64,000 nucleotides of DNA from Candidatus Poribacteria bacterium (GTDB taxonomy: Bacteria > Poribacteria > WGA-4E > WGA-3G), in assembly GCA_965242965.1 (NCBI GenBank), contig OZ251518.1:4544001-4608000 (forward strand). The letters are read 5' to 3'. The notes beneath the pieces are model-generated. The model was given only the letters and a program-made list of their open reading frames with translations, made no database searches and was not told the origin of the DNA. Each line of letters starts with the position of its first letter. Position 1 is the first letter of the stretch. Below are positions 19,048-28,259 of this stretch, piece by piece. A program made the position numbers and the translations under genes.

Positions 19048-20655
19048 TTATAACAAACCGGACTTTACGAACTCTGATAAGAGACCGTAGAATTTTTCCC
19101 TACGTTTTTCTTCAGGGGCTTGCATGGAAATTTCAAACGCGTATGCGATAAGTTGCATAAGTTCCCGTTTGCTCTTCGGAGTTGGTAGGAATTTGCTTTG
19201 ATTGTTCTCAAGCACCTTCTCTCCAGACGGATCAACCATTAAAGGAAGTGACGATTCGTCAGTCGAAATCAAGACATAATCGTCTCCCAATTCTCGGTGG
19301 ATGAAGGCATTGAGCAGTGCCTGCTTTTCGGTTGCGCGCCCTTTACGTTTTGCCAGTGACCGTTCTCTTCCCCGGTGCCCTGCTTCGGGAAAAACTTCCG
19401 TTTCCAGCAAATTGTGGATAACCTCTTTGAGTTTTACAAAGTGCGGATGTATCTCATTGAAACTAGCCCGGTCAATATTGAGCGCGAATTCTAGCCCTCC
19501 TTCAACATCAACTTCGCCAGATATCCAATTGAAACGTGGATTGGGAATTCTCGGATAACTAAAGAGCGTGGCATCGTAAGTGCCGATAGCGACATTTCGG
19601 ATTCTTACTAGCAGCCCGCGGAGATCCATTGGTTCTATGGCACGCCCATCCTGCAAGTAAACATAGCCAGATATTCTGAAATTCTGACCATATACCTTCA
19701 CATTTTTATCAACAGCAAACAACCTCCCTGTTAGTTTGCCGCTTTCTGACGGTTGAGAGGCAAGTGGGTATCGGTGCGGGCGGCGTAACGACAACCCATC
19801 AACAACTACCTCAAATTGGTGTGTCTTTAAGGCTTGTTGCTGGTGGATGAGCCGTTCCTTGAGTTCCTGTGTTGCTACAATTTTGTCCCAATCAAAGGGA
19901 CCTGTCTCTACGTATGGCAAGGGGCATGCCACGGCGAGATCCCAAACCATCTGCCAGTATGGACTGACGGTTTTCGCCGATCGATTGGTGTGAATCTTCT
20001 TCAAGAATGCTGAGAAGATTGATGGCAGTCGATCTTTGCCTGAAGTTTCTCGAAACTTCCTTACAAAGGCGGAACGCATATCTGCAGCAATCACATAAGT
20101 TCCCGCTTTGTCAGGCTCATAGGCAACAGGCTCAATGCTAAATAGCCCTACATCAATCGGTTTCTCATCCGATGAATTTCCGGTTGAGGTTGCTGGTACA
20201 GGTTCTGGAGACACCTCGCTCACTTTTTCTCGCAGAAAATCAACTAAGCGTATCGTTGCGCGAAAAGCCGTTTGCGACGCTTTATGATGCGAGATAACCT
20301 GGAACTCGTGACAGATTTGGGCGATGCCTAGCATGCCGATGCCCAACCACCCAACGATAGGCCTGCCGAGAGTCGTGACATGACTCACCTTCCCCTCAGT
20401 AGTGGCGCGTTTGGTGCTATCACCGATGCCCTGACGCATAATCCTTTCAAACGTCTCTCGCGTCATGCCGCTGCCGTTGTCCCGGCATGTGATGATGTCG
20501 AAACTTGGCCAATTTGTGGTAATGGCGACACGAGTCGCGTCGGCATCAAACGCATTGCTGACGAGTTCTTTCAACGCGCCAGCCGGGCTGCGATAGATAC
20601 CCGCGCTGATGTGTCCCACTATTTTTGAACTGACTTCAATATTTTGCCAATCCAT
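19048..20655 (-). CDS. GHKL (MORC/Hsp90-like) ATPase
   Basis: IY.SP..ALKELVSNAFDA, DNGSGM, GDSTK, GWLGIG Bergerat motifs; S5-like region ending in LNIDRASF. Confidence 0.85.
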   Translation of the reverse strand: MDWQNIEVSSKIVGHISAGIYRSPAGALKELVSNAFDADATRVAITTNWPSFDIITCRDNGSGMTRETFERIMRQGIGDSTKRATTEGKVSHVTTLGRPIVGWLGIGMLGIAQICHEFQVISHHKASQTAFRATIRLVDFLREKVSEVSPEPVPATSTGNSSDEKPIDVGLFSIEPVAYEPDKAGTYVIAADMRSAFVRKFRETSGKDRLPSIFSAFLKKIHTNRSAKTVSPYWQMVWDLAVACPLPYVETGPFDWDKIVATQELKERLIHQQQALKTHQFEVVVDGLSLRRPHRYPLASQPSESGKLTGRLFAVDKNVKVYGQNFRISGYVYLQDGRAIEPMDLRGLLVRIRNVAIGTYDATLFSYPRIPNPRFNWISGEVDVEGGLEFALNIDRASFNEIHPHFVKLKEVIHNLLETEVFPEAGHRGRERSLAKRKGRATEKQALLNAFIHRELGDDYVLISTDESSLPLMVDPSGEKVLENNQSKFLPTPKSKRELMQLIAYAFEISMQAPEEKRREKFYGLLSEFVKSGLL

Positions 20656-20671
20656 AGCGCACCTCAGGAGT

Positions 20672-21161
20672 CAGGTTTTGTAACATGAGTGCATCAAGAA
20701 AGCCACCGAATAAATAAACTCTTATCGGAGTTGCAGTGCGGATTCGCGAGTCTCCAGCCCCACAAGTTGACTGCCTCCGCCTTTGAGTTAACGGTATGGA
20801 CGCGATAGGAAACGACGCGTCCTCGAAAAACCGAGCACGACACGCACCCGGTTCTGCGCAGTCCGAGAGCCGCCTTTTCCGTGCGACCGGCACGAACCCG
20901 CGCAATGCGTTTTAAATAGGATACCACAACATACGAAAATTTGCAAACAAAAAATGTGCGCGAATTTTCTGTGGATACGGCATCAACGTTCGCATTCTAC
21001 AAAAAACGCCGATTTATGTCAACCACTTTTTTGTGCAAGCGATGCCTCAAAATCGGTTTTCCTATCAATTTTTGAGGATTGCAGCACAAATTAGCCAAAC
21101 GTTCCTTTAATTTTACCACATTTTCACAAAAAAGTCAAATTTTTCTTCATCCGTTTTTGAA
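20672..21161 (-). repeat. Copy 2 of the promoter/structured-RNA element (upstream of the GHKL ATPase)
   Basis: Full-length match to copy 1, including all three promoters. Confidence 0.95.
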
Positions 21162-21190
21162 TACTTACAGGAGTTCCCTCGGCGACTGAG

Positions 21191-21489
21191 CAGGTTTTGT
21201 AACATGAGTGCATCAAGAAAGCCACCGAATAAATAAACCCTTATCGGAGTTGCAGTGCGGATTCGCGAGTCTCCAGCCCCACAAGTTGACTGCCTCCGCC
21301 TTTGAGTTAACGGTATGGACGCGATGGGAAACGCCGCGTCCTTGAAAAACCGAGCACGGCACGCACCCGGTTCTGCGCAGTCCGAGAGCCGCCTTTTCCG
21401 ACGCGACCGGCACGAACCCGCGCAATTCGTTTTAAATAGTATATCACAGAACGCGAAAATTTGCAAACAAAAAATGTGCGCGAATTTTC
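21191..21489 (-). repeat. Copy 3 (short; one promoter plus RNA, no gene downstream)
   Basis: Matches 20672-20969; promoter TTGCAA-17-TATACT; only 29 bp separate it from copy 2. Confidence 0.95.
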
Positions 21490-21520
21490 CTAAAGAAACA
21501 CGCCAATCCACCGAGTTTGA

Positions 21521-21567
21521 TAATCCTGCGAAATCCCGTAAATCTTGGAAATCCTGATTCAGACAAC
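21521..21567. repeat. Short tandem AATC(C/T)TG-type repeat ending in TCAGAC
   Basis: Related 9-bp tandem units also occur at about 34072-34115 and, on the opposite strand, 62282-62368. Confidence 0.7.
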
Positions 21568-21714
21568 TGATTTATCACATTTTCACAAAAATATCACATT
21601 TTTCTTGACAAATTTATCAGAAAATAATAGAATACCTATATTGACACTCTGTTCACGCTAAATGCGCGCAACAGAAATTACTAATGTCTCTAACCAACAG
21701 GAGGAATCTTGTTT

Positions 21715-22545
21715 ATGAGAATGTTTACTACCGTCGCTTATGTGCTGTGTGCCGCAGTCATCATGCTGGCAACAACAGCCGATGCAGCGAAGAAAATCGA
21801 TGTCTTCGTTTACACGGAGACCGTGCAGTGGATCGGCCAAGCACAAGCACAGGAAGAAGCCGACATACTGATCGAGGAAATTGAAGGCAAGCAAGGAATC
21901 GGTGAGGTTGTCAACGACCCGGCCAAGGCGGTTGAAGCCTGGACGAAGGACCATACCGTCGACAAGGGGAATCACATTATCGTCATGTTCGGGGATTTCC
22001 CTCAGGAAATTTATCCGAACGGTAAAGGCGACATCAAGAAGGGCTCCGTCGCTGAAGAATTCCTCGATGCCGGCAATACCTTCTCGAACAGTGCCGACTA
22101 CTTTTTCTGGGGACAAGGGGGCCGGAATGAAGCGCAAGGACTCCAAAACATGATGGATATCCCCGGAATCGTTCAGTGGGATGATGACACCCCGATGAAG
22201 GTGACGAAGGAAGGAAAGGACCTGACTCCGTCGTTGGACGATTACAACACGGACCGCCCGTTCCACCTCAATGAGCTCGATAACGATTGGGAATTGGAAA
22301 TCGCATTTGCAACCGAAACCGGCAAGGGGAGTAACGCGCAACGCTGCGATCCCTGTATCGTCCGGAACACGAAGACAGATGCACGCCTTATCCAAGTCTA
22401 CCAAACCAACAATCAGGATGATCCGAAAGGGGAAGTCATCGCGGAGATTATCCTGAACTACTATCTTGAAGTCGCGGGGGCCCTCGAGGTCGACCCGCAG
22501 GATAAACTGCCTACACGTTGGGCAGACATTAAAACTCGGAGGTAA
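21715..22545 (+). CDS. Secreted acidic hypothetical protein with Poribacteria-type C-terminal tail
   Basis: Signal peptide (..ADA), tail VDPQDKLPTRWADIK, paralog of the next gene; AGGAGG RBS and TTGACA-17-TAGAAT promoter at about 21605. Confidence 0.75.
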   Translation: MRMFTTVAYVLCAAVIMLATTADAAKKIDVFVYTETVQWIGQAQAQEEADILIEEIEGKQGIGEVVNDPAKAVEAWTKDHTVDKGNHIIVMFGDFPQEIYPNGKGDIKKGSVAEEFLDAGNTFSNSADYFFWGQGGRNEAQGLQNMMDIPGIVQWDDDTPMKVTKEGKDLTPSLDDYNTDRPFHLNELDNDWELEIAFATETGKGSNAQRCDPCIVRNTKTDARLIQVYQTNNQDDPKGEVIAEIILNYYLEVAGALEVDPQDKLPTRWADIKTRR

Positions 22546-22551
22546 TAATTG

Positions 22552-23355
22552 ATGCGAAACGTTTTTATACTTTTAACTGCCATGGCTCTCATGGCTCTCC
22601 CCTTGGCACCGCTGTTCGCAGCGGGCGAAGTGGCAATCTATACCGGCACCACGCAGTGGATCGGCAAGGAACCCGCTGACGAACAGGCGCAAATCTGCGT
22701 TGACATGCTCAACGATGCCGGAATCACGAACACGTGGTTTGATAGCGATGGCGACATGGATGCCCTCGCCGAGTGGATGGAAAGTGTCACCGGCGACCAG
22801 GGTGTGGATGTCTGTGTGCTTTACGGCGATCTGCCGCCGAGTGTCTATCCCGAAGGCAACTCACAGACAGATGGCTCCATCGGCGAAACCTTCATTGAGA
22901 CTACCGATGGCGATACGTTCATCAACCACGCCGATTATATGTTCTGGGGACTCGGCGGTCGAAATGAGACAGGCGGTTTGCAGAACATGATGGACATTGC
23001 AGAAATCACGATGTGGGACGATGATACCGCGATGACCGTCACGGCCGATGGCAAGGCCATCTCGCCGAGTCTGACCGATTTTGCGTCAGACCGCCCGTTC
23101 CACGTCGATGAACTCGATGGCGATTGGGAAGTTGAGGTATCTCTGGCACAGAGCGATGATGGCACGCGTGCGGATCCGATTATCGTTCGCGATGGCAACC
23201 TCGGCAGACTGATTCCGGTCATTCAGACGAACGGCGGCGATGAGCCGAAAGGCGCGGTCGCGGCGGAAATCATCACCTGGCTGATGTCCACCACGCCTGT
23301 TGAACCGGCTGGAAAGTTATCCACAACGTGGGGAGACTTGAAAGCAGTCCGATGA
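22552..23355 (+). CDS. Secreted acidic hypothetical protein, paralog of the previous gene
   Basis: Shared motifs QWIG, ADY.FWG.GGRNE..GLQNMMDI, DRPFH; tail VEPAGKLSTTWGDLK. Confidence 0.75.
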   Translation: MRNVFILLTAMALMALPLAPLFAAGEVAIYTGTTQWIGKEPADEQAQICVDMLNDAGITNTWFDSDGDMDALAEWMESVTGDQGVDVCVLYGDLPPSVYPEGNSQTDGSIGETFIETTDGDTFINHADYMFWGLGGRNETGGLQNMMDIAEITMWDDDTAMTVTADGKAISPSLTDFASDRPFHVDELDGDWEVEVSLAQSDDGTRADPIIVRDGNLGRLIPVIQTNGGDEPKGAVAAEIITWLMSTTPVEPAGKLSTTWGDLKAVR

Positions 23356-24272
23356 GTGTTTTTGTTAGGGCGGCGAGGGCTATCCGAAGCCATCGCCGCC
23401 TCTCTCCAATGATATGTCCAGTGATATGCCCATTACTGTGTATTGTCCTCTCGTTGCTAGCGTTCGTTTCCTGCAATGAGCGGGTGGATTCTCCCATCGT
23501 TGGCACCTTGCCCATCGCAACGCTCACCACAGACAAAGATGCAGCCACCATGGTCTACGTTCCTGCAGGCGAGTTTTTGATGGGCACCAGCGATGCAGAC
23601 ATGGAGCAGTATAAAGTGCTGTTCCCTCTCCGCAAAATCTCCCGTTTTGACAACGAACGTCCGCAGCGCAAAGTGTTTGTTGATGCGTTCTACATTGACA
23701 GAACGGAGGTTACGAATCGGCAATACAAGCGGTTTCTCACCGAAACCGGCTACGAACCGAAGCACTATTTGGATTATTTGCCCTACAACGCGCCCGATTT
23801 GCCAGCCACGGTGCTGGAGTGGGAGGATGCTGTTGCTTATACCGAGTGGGCAGGCAAACGGCTGCCTACCGAGGCGGAATGGGAGAAGGCGGCGCGAGGC
23901 ACAGATGGACGTTTCTGGCCCTGGGGCAATGAATGGGATGCCACGAAACTGAGCGGTAATGACGGCACCGGGCTCAAAGACGGTTACAAGGAAACCGCGC
24001 CGGTTGCGCAATTTCCGCAAGGCGCGAGCCCTTACGGCGCGCTGGATATGGCAGGGAATCTGTGGGAGTGGGTATCCGATTGGTATGATGCCGACTACTA
24101 CCGCAAAAACCCGAGCAATGTGAATCCACAAGGACCGGAGACTGGGGATGGACACGTTTTGAAAGGCGGCGGCTGGGCAGAAAATTTAGACTTCACCCGA
24201 TGTGCCAATCGGCTGGGAGGAAATCCGGGCTCACTTTTGCGCGGTTTCCGTTGCGCCATGGACGCGCCATGA
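23352..24272 (+). CDS. Formylglycine-generating enzyme (FGE/SUMF1) family protein, possible lipoprotein
   Basis: GEFLMG, FYIDRTEVTN, RLPTEAEWEKAARG, DMAGNLWEW, GFRC. Confidence 0.9.
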   Translation: MSVFVRAARAIRSHRRLSPMICPVICPLLCIVLSLLAFVSCNERVDSPIVGTLPIATLTTDKDAATMVYVPAGEFLMGTSDADMEQYKVLFPLRKISRFDNERPQRKVFVDAFYIDRTEVTNRQYKRFLTETGYEPKHYLDYLPYNAPDLPATVLEWEDAVAYTEWAGKRLPTEAEWEKAARGTDGRFWPWGNEWDATKLSGNDGTGLKDGYKETAPVAQFPQGASPYGALDMAGNLWEWVSDWYDADYYRKNPSNVNPQGPETGDGHVLKGGGWAENLDFTRCANRLGGNPGSLLRGFRCAMDAP

Positions 24273-24299
24273 AACAGAATTGAAACAGAATGAGACAGA

Positions 24300-24797
24300 A
24301 TGAAACAGATTGGCACGCATGCAAACCCAGATCTGGATGCCATCGTCAGCGCATGGCTCGCACAAGATTTCCTCTTTCGCGGGCAACCGACAGAGGTGGT
24401 GTTCGTCAGCCGAAAAGTCCCTGAAAAGGTCATGCAGACAGCTGCTTGTCTCGTTGATGTCGGCAACACTTACTGTCCCGAACGTTATCGGTTTGACCAC
24501 AAGCCGCCGGCATTTGCGAACCGAAACAGCACGTGTGCGACGCGATTAATTTGGGAACATTTGCGGGAGATAGGTGTGAAAGTAGAACACCTTGCACCGC
24601 TCGTTCAGGTGACTTATGAAGGGGATACGCATCGGAATTCGGCGGCTCTCAAACAGAGTCGCATCGACGGGGCGCACGCGGAATTAGCGAAATTGAAGAG
24701 GAAATATCGGAAGACGATGGACATCTATCAACGGATGGTTGTCTGGTTGCGAGAACATGCGCGACAATTAAGGGAGGTAGAAACCAATGGCGTTTAG
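24300..24797 (+). CDS. Small DHH/MYG1-like phosphoesterase-fold protein
   Basis: THANPDLDA, LVDVG and RFDHK resemble DHH/MYG1 motifs. Confidence 0.5.
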   Translation: MKQIGTHANPDLDAIVSAWLAQDFLFRGQPTEVVFVSRKVPEKVMQTAACLVDVGNTYCPERYRFDHKPPAFANRNSTCATRLIWEHLREIGVKVEHLAPLVQVTYEGDTHRNSAALKQSRIDGAHAELAKLKRKYRKTMDIYQRMVVWLREHARQLREVETNGV

Positions 24798-25425
24798 TGA
24801 TTTTAAATCCATCCCTGAAGTCTTAAAAATATTCAGAATAGCACACGCCCAAGATGATTTTGTCAGGGGCGAGGAGACCTTAGCACCCTCAAAGCAATTT
24901 GTCCAAGAATTGAAGTTCGCCCAACGGCATATTAACATTTTCAGATCTGAGGGCGCGCGGTGTGAGACGGTCATCTATCCGGTCTTACGCGAAGTCTACA
25001 AGGCCTATGCTGAGAACTACGTGCTCTGGATTAAGGAGCCTCTTACCTACGATGCAATCTTGAGCGGCACGCCGGATTACTTCATCGCCACAAAATCTAA
25101 ATTCGGCAAACCCGTTATTGGGACACCTCTGGTGATCCTCGTCGAGGCGAAGAAAAACGATTTTGAGGTAGGGTGGGGGCAATGTCTCGCCGAGTTAATC
25201 GCCGCACAGAAAATCAATGCCCAGAACATCAAGGAACACGCGACGTTTCCGGTGTATGGCATCGTGACAGATGGCATCGGGTGGCAGTTTGGGAAACTTG
25301 TCGGCGACACTTTTACCGAGAACCTCACGCTGTTTGGCCTGGCAGATTTGCCGCGGTTGTTTGGCGCAATCGATGCTGTCTTCAAAGAGGTTCAAAAAGG
25401 CAGCATCGCGACTACGGAACAATAA
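24787..25425 (+). CDS. PD-(D/E)xK nuclease-fold protein (HsdR_N-like), paralog 1
   Basis: SE..R.E, GTPDY, VEAKK, GQC.AE, YGIVTDG..WQF. Confidence 0.7.
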   Translation: MAFSDFKSIPEVLKIFRIAHAQDDFVRGEETLAPSKQFVQELKFAQRHINIFRSEGARCETVIYPVLREVYKAYAENYVLWIKEPLTYDAILSGTPDYFIATKSKFGKPVIGTPLVILVEAKKNDFEVGWGQCLAELIAAQKINAQNIKEHATFPVYGIVTDGIGWQFGKLVGDTFTENLTLFGLADLPRLFGAIDAVFKEVQKGSIATTEQ

Positions 25426-25565
25426 CCCCGCGGCGGTTTTCGCAGTCGGCGTTTCTGGGACAGGCACGGTGTTGCCTTACCAGAAGAGGAGTGGAACCGT
25501 AGGAGAGACCTCCCGGTCTCGATGCACCCTCGGTGTGTTGCTTTACCAGAAGAGGAGTGGAACCG

Positions 25566-26204
25566 ATGGCGTTTAGTGATTTTAAGACGCTCACTGAAGT
25601 GCAAGAAAGATTCGGCATTAGGGACTCGGAAATTGACTTTGTCAAGGTTGACAAACTCTTAAACCCTCCGGAGCATTTCCTGCAAGAATTAGCGTTTACT
25701 CGGCAGCACCTTAATGTTTTCCGGTCTGAATCGGCACGGTGCGAGGCGATTATCTATCCGATTTTATTGCAAAACTATAAAGCGTATGCCGACAGTTATA
25801 TGCTCTGGATTCGCGAACCGCTCGTCTACGATGCAATCTTGAGCGGCACGCCGGACTACTTTATCGCTACCCGCTCGGCATTGGGAAAAAACGTTGTCGG
25901 CACACCTTTGGTGATAGTCGTCGAGGCGAAGAAAAACGATTTTGAGGTAGGTTGGGGGCAATGTCTCGCCGAGTTAATCGCCGCGCAGAAAATCAATGCC
26001 CAGAACATCGAGGAACACGCGGCGTTTCCGGTGTATGGCATCGTAACTGACGGGACGACATGGCAGTTTGGCAGGCTTGTTGATGACAGTTTCACGCGAA
26101 ACATCACGCCATTTGGTCTCGGCGATTTGCCGCGGTTGTTTGGCGCAATTGATGCAGTCTTCAAAGCCGTCCAAAACGGAGACACCGCACACGCAGAATT
26201 GTAA
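25566..26204 (+). CDS. PD-(D/E)xK nuclease-fold protein, paralog 2
   Basis: Same motifs; start at MAFSDF behind an AGGAG RBS. Confidence 0.7.
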   Translation: MAFSDFKTLTEVQERFGIRDSEIDFVKVDKLLNPPEHFLQELAFTRQHLNVFRSESARCEAIIYPILLQNYKAYADSYMLWIREPLVYDAILSGTPDYFIATRSALGKNVVGTPLVIVVEAKKNDFEVGWGQCLAELIAAQKINAQNIEEHAAFPVYGIVTDGTTWQFGRLVDDSFTRNITPFGLGDLPRLFGAIDAVFKAVQNGDTAHAEL

Positions 26205-26279
26205 TCCACCGGGGCTTTGTCCCAATCGGCATTTTCGGGACAGGCACGGTGTTGCTTTACCAGAACAGGAGGCGAACCG

Positions 26280-26924
26280 ATGGCATTGAGTGATTTCAAA
26301 TCGATTGCTGAAGTGCAAGCAAAATTCAGCATCAAGGCTTCAAAAGAGACGCTTATCGGGGTTGAGGAACCCTTAACGCCTTCGGAGTGGTTTCAGCAAG
26401 AATTCGCTTTCAACATGCAACAGTTCAACTTTGCCGACTCTGAGATGGCACGGTGTCAGGCACTTATCTTCCCAGTTTTACGGGAGGTCTACAAGGCTTA
26501 TGCCGAGGACTACGTGCTCTGGATTGACGCATCTCTGGCTTACGATGAAACTTTAAGCGGCACGCCGGACTACTTCATCGCCACGAAATCTGAACTCGGT
26601 GGGCGTATTCTCGGAACGCCGCTGATAATCGTTGTTGAGGCGAAGAAAAACGATTTTGAGATAGGTTGGGGACAATGTCTGGCAGAGTTAATCGCCGCAC
26701 AGAAAATCAATGCCCAGAACATTAAGGAACACGCGATGTTTCCGGTGTATGGTATCGTCACCGACGGTATAAGTTGGCAATTCGGGAAACTTGTCGGCGA
26801 CACTTTTACAGAGAACCTCACGCCGTTTAGTCTCGGCGATTTGCCGCGTCTGTTTGGCGCAATCGATGCTGTCTTCAAAGCCGTTCAGAACGGAAGCACC
26901 GCCTCACCGGAAAGAGAATCATGA
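26280..26924 (+). CDS. PD-(D/E)xK nuclease-fold protein, paralog 3
   Basis: Same motifs; start at MALSDF behind an AGGAGG RBS. Confidence 0.7.
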   Translation: MALSDFKSIAEVQAKFSIKASKETLIGVEEPLTPSEWFQQEFAFNMQQFNFADSEMARCQALIFPVLREVYKAYAEDYVLWIDASLAYDETLSGTPDYFIATKSELGGRILGTPLIIVVEAKKNDFEIGWGQCLAELIAAQKINAQNIKEHAMFPVYGIVTDGISWQFGKLVGDTFTENLTPFSLGDLPRLFGAIDAVFKAVQNGSTASPERES

Positions 26925-28255
26925 AACATTTTGCAACGCTATTCACGACGCTGTTTGCGGTATCGTTCCTATTTATCACGCCCGAGGGGACGCGCCTATT
27001 CGCCGATGAGTGGCCGCAGTGGCGCGGCACACACCGCGACGGTATCTGGAACGAAACGGGAATAATTGACGCTTTTGAGGACGCGGATATTCCTATCCGC
27101 TGGCGCGTGCCAATCGGCAGCGGTTACAGCGGCCCAAGCGTCGCCGATGGACGCGTCTACGTCACCGACCGGCTCACGAAGCCGACGCAAGTTGAACGCG
27201 TCCACTGCTTTGACTGGGAGACAGGCGAGCAACTCTGGACTTTCACATACGAGTGCGCTTATCGGATTGACTACACCGCCGGGCCGCGCGCCACCGTCAC
27301 CGTCCACGATGGACTCGCCTACGCCTTAGGCGCGATGGGACATTTGCACTGCTTTAATGCCGCCACCGGCGAAATTGTGTGGAAAAATGACTTGGGTGTA
27401 ACGTATAATATCAATATGCCAACCTGGGGCATCGCGAGCGCGCCGATTGTCGTGGGAGAACACCTCATCGTGCAAATCGGCGGCACACCCGGCGCGTGCA
27501 TCGTCGCATTGGACAGAAAAACCGGCGAGGAAAGGTGGAAGGCACTAGACGATAAGGCATCCTATTCCGCACCGATGCTCATCACGCAAGCCGGACAGCG
27601 CGTCTTAATCTGCTGGACAGGCGGACACGTCGCCGCTCTGAATCCACAGACAGGCGAAGTGTTGTGGCTCTATCCGTTTAAACCGACGCGCATGGAGATA
27701 GGCATCGCTACACCGGTTTTCCATGAGAATGAACTCTTTATCACCGATTTCTTTGAGGGTTCCCTACTGCTGAAACTGGCACCGGATAAATTGGCTGTGG
27801 AACTCGGCTGGCACCGCAAAGGCAAAGACGAGCAAAATACGGACGCGCTCCATTCCACGATGGCTACGCCGATTCGGGAGGGCGATTACATCTACGGCGT
27901 GGATAGTTACGGCGAACTCCGCTGTCTGGATGCGCGCAACGGCGACAGGGTGTGGGAAGATCTCTCCGCTGTGCCGAGGGCGCGCTGGAGCAACATCCAT
28001 TTTATTAAAAACGGTGCCAAGGTTTGGATGTTCAACGAGCGCGGCGAACTCCTCATTACCGAACTTTCGCCTGAGGGGTTGAACGTCATCAGCCGCGCGA
28101 AGTTAATCGAACCTACGCGAGACCAGCTGAACCGGCGAGGCGGCGTAACTTGGGCGCACCCCGCGTTCGCCTATCAACATGTTTTCGCGCGGAATGATAA
28201 CGAACTAGTCTGCGCAAGCCTCGCGAAAAACGAAAAACCACACAAAGGAGAATAA
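26921..28255 (+). CDS. PQQ-binding-like (BamB-like) beta-propeller protein
   Basis: Signal peptide, WPQWRG, repeated D..TG...W Trp-docking motifs. Confidence 0.85.
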   Translation: MKHFATLFTTLFAVSFLFITPEGTRLFADEWPQWRGTHRDGIWNETGIIDAFEDADIPIRWRVPIGSGYSGPSVADGRVYVTDRLTKPTQVERVHCFDWETGEQLWTFTYECAYRIDYTAGPRATVTVHDGLAYALGAMGHLHCFNAATGEIVWKNDLGVTYNINMPTWGIASAPIVVGEHLIVQIGGTPGACIVALDRKTGEERWKALDDKASYSAPMLITQAGQRVLICWTGGHVAALNPQTGEVLWLYPFKPTRMEIGIATPVFHENELFITDFFEGSLLLKLAPDKLAVELGWHRKGKDEQNTDALHSTMATPIREGDYIYGVDSYGELRCLDARNGDRVWEDLSAVPRARWSNIHFIKNGAKVWMFNERGELLITELSPEGLNVISRAKLIEPTRDQLNRRGGVTWAHPAFAYQHVFARNDNELVCASLAKNEKPHKGE

Positions 28256-28259
28256 GATA

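Noticed and set aside
17435-21489. Classical integron, retron or group II intron as the explanation of the element
   Set aside because: No integrase or reverse transcriptase in the window, no attC-like core pattern recognised, and the element carries its own promoters.
17412-21557. Repeated 70-130 aa ORFs within the three-copy element (e.g. MRGFVPVARK, MVSYLKRIAR)
   Set aside because: They overlap promoter boxes, lack an RBS, and a 1-nt indel in copy 3 shifts the frames. A very short leader peptide is not excluded.
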